Shown here in pieces: positions 61,284 through 64,000 of a DNA stretch of 64,000 bases. Position numbers and translations under genes: made by a program. Below the pieces are notes generated by a model, which did not search any database, had not been told where the DNA came from, and saw nothing but the letters and a program-made list of their open reading frames with translations. Source of the stretch: a bacterium (GTDB lineage Bacteria; Verrucomicrobiota; Verrucomicrobiia; Limisphaerales; UBA11358); NCBI GenBank assembly GCA_021813325.1, contig JAKALA010000013.1:3503-67502 (forward strand). Direction: 5' to 3'. The stretch's first letter is position 1. Every line of letters begins with the position of its first letter.

Positions 61284-61607
61284 TCATCGGCATACGGTGC
61301 GGTTAAACAGATTGCGCAAGGTTTTAGCAAATATGCGGTTGGTGCGCGAGTTCTGTGTGCCAAAAAAATGACCGGCGGGGTCGGCCTGTAGTTCCGGGGT
61401 TTTGTGGTTCTGGTTGATCCCGAAGTAACCACCAACAGCGGGTGCCAAACCCAGATGCGGGCAACCGACACCGTAACGGTGATGGCAAACTTTATGTTTC
61501 AACAGAGCATTACCAACGGCGGCATCGGTGCCGGCAGCCCGCAAATGGCCAAGGTTGGCGGCCGGTTTGAAGCTTGTTTGCCAGGAAAGCTGGGGGGATA
61601 CGTTCAT
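61284..61607 (-). CDS. hypothetical 107-aa ORF (weak)
   Basis: It is the only ORF over 100 aa in the 540-bp gap between divergent genes. Cys/His-containing (CHHRYGVGCPH). I recognise no family. Confidence 0.3.
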   Translation of the reverse strand: MNVSPQLSWQTSFKPAANLGHLRAAGTDAAVGNALLKHKVCHHRYGVGCPHLGLAPAVGGYFGINQNHKTPELQADPAGHFFGTQNSRTNRIFAKTLRNLFNRTVCR

Positions 61608-61698
61608 TAAGTAAATGTCCTAAAAACGCCTGTTAACATTGATGAACTGCCATTAAATCGCATTGCGTCGTCGGTGTGATTTTGTAAGATGTCCGCCT

Positions 61699-62922
61699 AT
61701 GAATTTGGATGCGCTGTATTCTGAACTGACTTTAAAAACCAAAGCAAAGGTGGCCCTGCTTGTCTTGGACGGTCTGGGCGACTTGGCCAACAAAGAGCAG
61801 GGCTATCTCACCCCCCTCGAGGCGGCTCACACGCCGAATTTGGATAAACTCTCAAAAGACTCCGCCCAAGGTCGCATGATTCCCGCGGCGCCGGGCATCA
61901 CGCCGGGCAGCGGTCCCGGCCATCTCGGATTGTTTGGGTATGATCCGCTGGAATATCAGGTTGGCCGCGGTGTGATCGAAGCGCTTGGGTTGGGCCTCGA
62001 GCTCAAGCCCGGTGATGTTTGTGCCCGCGCCAATTTTGCCACGCTCGACGCCAAGGGCATTGTCACCGACCGCCGCGCCGGCCGCATTCCAACCGAGACC
62101 TGCGAACGGCTCGTGGAAATGCTGTCCCAGAAGATCAAGAAAATCGGCGACACACAGGTCATCATCAAAGCCGGCAAGGAACACCGCTTCGTCGTGGTAT
62201 TCCGCGGCAAGGGCTTGGAAGGGCCGTTGACAGATGCGGATCCGAATCGTGAAGGCTTCGCCATTCCCGCCGTGAAGCCGCGCGACCCGCAGAATTTGAA
62301 GCAAAAGAAAATGGCGAAGCTCATCGCGGATTTCTACAAGGCCGCGTTGCCCGTGATCGCCAAGGAAAAACCAGCGAACGGTTTCCTCATGCGCGGCATT
62401 GCGCATCAGCCGGAAATTCCGTTGTTCGAAGAACGTTACCGGCTCAAGCCTGCGTGTCTCGCGGTCTATCCGATGTATAAGGGCCTCGCACAGTTGGTCG
62501 GCATGGAAAAGATCGAAGGCCCGCAAACCATCAAGGAGCAGTTTGAGCGTTACCTCGCCGAATACGACAACTACGACTTCTTCTTCATCCACTACAAATA
62601 CACCGATAAATACGGTGAAGACGGCAATTTCGCCGCCAAGAAGAAGGCGATTGAAGAGTTCGATGCCGCCTTGCCGATTCTCTTGAAAAAGAAGCCGGAT
62701 GTGATCGCCATCACCGGCGACCACTCGACGCCGTGCTCGATGCACAGCCATTCGTGGCATCCGCAGCCCGTTTTGTTGCACTCCGTGACGAGCGGTTCCG
62801 ACAAGCTGGAGCGTTTCACCGAAACGGGCGCCAACAGCGGTTCGCTGGGAGTCTTCCCGTCGAAATTCCTCATCCGCCTCATGCAGGCGAATGCGAAGAT
62901 GTTCGACAAATACGGCGCATAA
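61699..62922 (+). CDS. apgM: cofactor-independent phosphoglycerate mutase, archaeal-type (ApgM family)
   Basis: KVALLVLDGLGD..., ITGDHSTPC..HSWHP. Start chosen at MNLDALY. Confidence 0.85.
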   Translation: MNLDALYSELTLKTKAKVALLVLDGLGDLANKEQGYLTPLEAAHTPNLDKLSKDSAQGRMIPAAPGITPGSGPGHLGLFGYDPLEYQVGRGVIEALGLGLELKPGDVCARANFATLDAKGIVTDRRAGRIPTETCERLVEMLSQKIKKIGDTQVIIKAGKEHRFVVVFRGKGLEGPLTDADPNREGFAIPAVKPRDPQNLKQKKMAKLIADFYKAALPVIAKEKPANGFLMRGIAHQPEIPLFEERYRLKPACLAVYPMYKGLAQLVGMEKIEGPQTIKEQFERYLAEYDNYDFFFIHYKYTDKYGEDGNFAAKKKAIEEFDAALPILLKKKPDVIAITGDHSTPCSMHSHSWHPQPVLLHSVTSGSDKLERFTETGANSGSLGVFPSKFLIRLMQANAKMFDKYGA

Positions 62923-62936
62923 CGTTGAATTGATTG

Positions 62937-62967
62937 TGCGGGCTGTCGCCAGGCAGCCCGCATTTTT
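62937..62967 (+). terminator. rho-independent terminator after apgM
   Basis: TGCGGGCTG-tcgccagg-CAGCCCGCA followed by TTTTT. Confidence 0.85.
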
Positions 62968-63014
62968 AATTTTGAATTCTCCATCCAGCCGCTCATTCGA
63001 GATTTTCCGCACCC

Positions 63015-63611
63015 ATGAATTTGCCCAACAAACTCACCGCTTCGCGTTTTGTGTTAACGGTGTTCTTTCTATGGGCTTTATTTTCGTCGTTCCGGTTCAA
63101 TGATACGCTGGCCCTGATTTTCTTTGCGTTGGCGGGGGTGACGGATTTTCTGGATGGCCGCATCGCCCGGTCGCGAAAGCTGATTACCAACTTTGGCATT
63201 CTCATGGACCCGCTGGCCGACAAAATCCTGACCTGTTCGGCGTTTGTGGCGCTGGTGGAGAGCACCCATTTGCGGGCCGGCGCGCCGGTGAAAGTGACGG
63301 CGTGGATGGTGATCGTGATTGTGGCGCGCGAATTTGCCATCACGGGTTTGCGCCTGCTGGCGGCTTCCAAAAGCGTGGTGCTGGCGGCCGAACGCTTCGG
63401 CAAACACAAGACAATTTCTCAAATCATCACCATCATCGCCTTGCTGGTGGTCGATGCCCGCGCGGAATGGCCGGTGTTTTTGCGGCAACTGTTCGGCGAC
63501 TGGGTTCCGCCATTTGCCGAAATTATGTTGTGGGTCACGGTGGCGCTGACGGTGGCTTCCGGGGCGATTTATCTCTGGCGCAACCGCCGGTTGTATCTCG
63601 ACGACATGTGA
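63015..63611 (+). CDS. pgsA: CDP-diacylglycerol--glycerol-3-phosphate 3-phosphatidyltransferase
   Basis: NLPNKLTASRF... and the CDP-alcohol phosphatidyltransferase motif DFLDGRIAR...G..MDPLADK. Confidence 0.9.
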   Translation: MNLPNKLTASRFVLTVFFLWALFSSFRFNDTLALIFFALAGVTDFLDGRIARSRKLITNFGILMDPLADKILTCSAFVALVESTHLRAGAPVKVTAWMVIVIVAREFAITGLRLLAASKSVVLAAERFGKHKTISQIITIIALLVVDARAEWPVFLRQLFGDWVPPFAEIMLWVTVALTVASGAIYLWRNRRLYLDDM

Positions 63612-63671
63612 GATCACGCCGGGTGCCATGCGGCCTCCGCCCGCATTCTGCCGCAAGTTTGGCCGCAATGA

Positions 63672-63983
63672 TCAACGCTTGGGAAGCGGCAGAGTGTCGC
63701 CGGCGTTGGAAGGCTTGACGACGGCGGGCGGCAGTTTCTTCAGCGGGGCGTTTTTCTCGTGGTGATGCCAGGCCCACACGGAGACTCCGATGATGCCAAT
63801 CGCGGCGACGACGGCCAGGATGATGATGCCGATTTTCCAATTCACTTTTGCCAGCAGCAGCGTCAAATCATCAATGAGGGTCTTCTTGGAATCCACCAGC
63901 GGGGGAGGTTCGCTGTATTTTTCCGTGCGGCCAAGTTCCGCATCCAGCATGATGAGCAGCGAGGATGTGTCCAGTTTCAGCAT
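63672..63983 (-). CDS. hypothetical single-pass membrane protein
   Basis: 103-aa ORF with one hydrophobic helix (WKIGIIILAVVAAIGIIGVSVWAW). I recognise no family. Confidence 0.4.
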   Translation of the reverse strand: MLKLDTSSLLIMLDAELGRTEKYSEPPPLVDSKKTLIDDLTLLLAKVNWKIGIIILAVVAAIGIIGVSVWAWHHHEKNAPLKKLPPAVVKPSNAGDTLPLPKR

Positions 63984-64000
63984 GTTGGAATAATTTTTGA

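Noticed and set aside
61852-63012. 386-aa minus-strand ORF
   Set aside because: It is antisense to apgM.

Overview
GC-rich chromosomal segment whose gene content suggests a Verrucomicrobiota/PVC-type organism. This is an inference from PEP-CTERM tails, an H-X9-DG (DUF1559) pseudopilin-like gene, giant autotransporter-associated beta-strand-repeat proteins, and a sulfatase next to a GH2 hydrolase. I support about 45 CDS.

Gene content, left to right:
- An orphan Rhs-tip toxin fragment.
- A PEP-CTERM P-domain protein, a 981-aa repeat protein, GH2 and a sulfatase.
- An IS transposase remnant.
- A PocR-AraC regulator and a FixL/FixJ-like two-component pair, followed by an ADP-forming acetyl-CoA synthetase-GNAT fusion, pyruvate:ferredoxin oxidoreductase (nifJ) and a DHOD-like protein.
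- A radical SAM gene.
- A co-directional run of a degenerate adenylate-kinase homolog, a VTC/CYTH domain protein, mcsA and mcsB.
- usp-mntH facing mntR-DUF971.
- A tight minus-strand pilM-N-O-P-secretin operon ending in a 1339-aa NHL/FN3/cohesin-dockerin-like protein.
- LysR facing an LplT-PlsC-Aas triple fusion.
- Housekeeping genes: frr, ftsB, mnmE, aroB, tex, apgM, pgsA.
- A 1861-aa repeat protein.
- Two short, partly low-GC, gene-poor stretches with broken frames.

No rRNA, tRNA or CRISPR array was seen.

Leads I consider most worth follow-up:
1. The secretin operon with its giant sixth gene, together with a ~60-aa C-terminal module shared by all three giant secreted proteins.
2. The Rhs-tip toxin, whose phospholipase-C-like motif is interrupted by an in-frame TGA and is followed by a signal-peptide ORF.
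3. A P-loop-less adenylate kinase paralog upstream of VTC-mcsAB.
4. A FixL-type heme pocket grafted onto a HisKA_3 kinase next to O2-sensitive PFOR.
5. 10-nt G/C homopolymers, one inside the secretin gene.

All family assignments come from motif recognition by eye. No database search was run.
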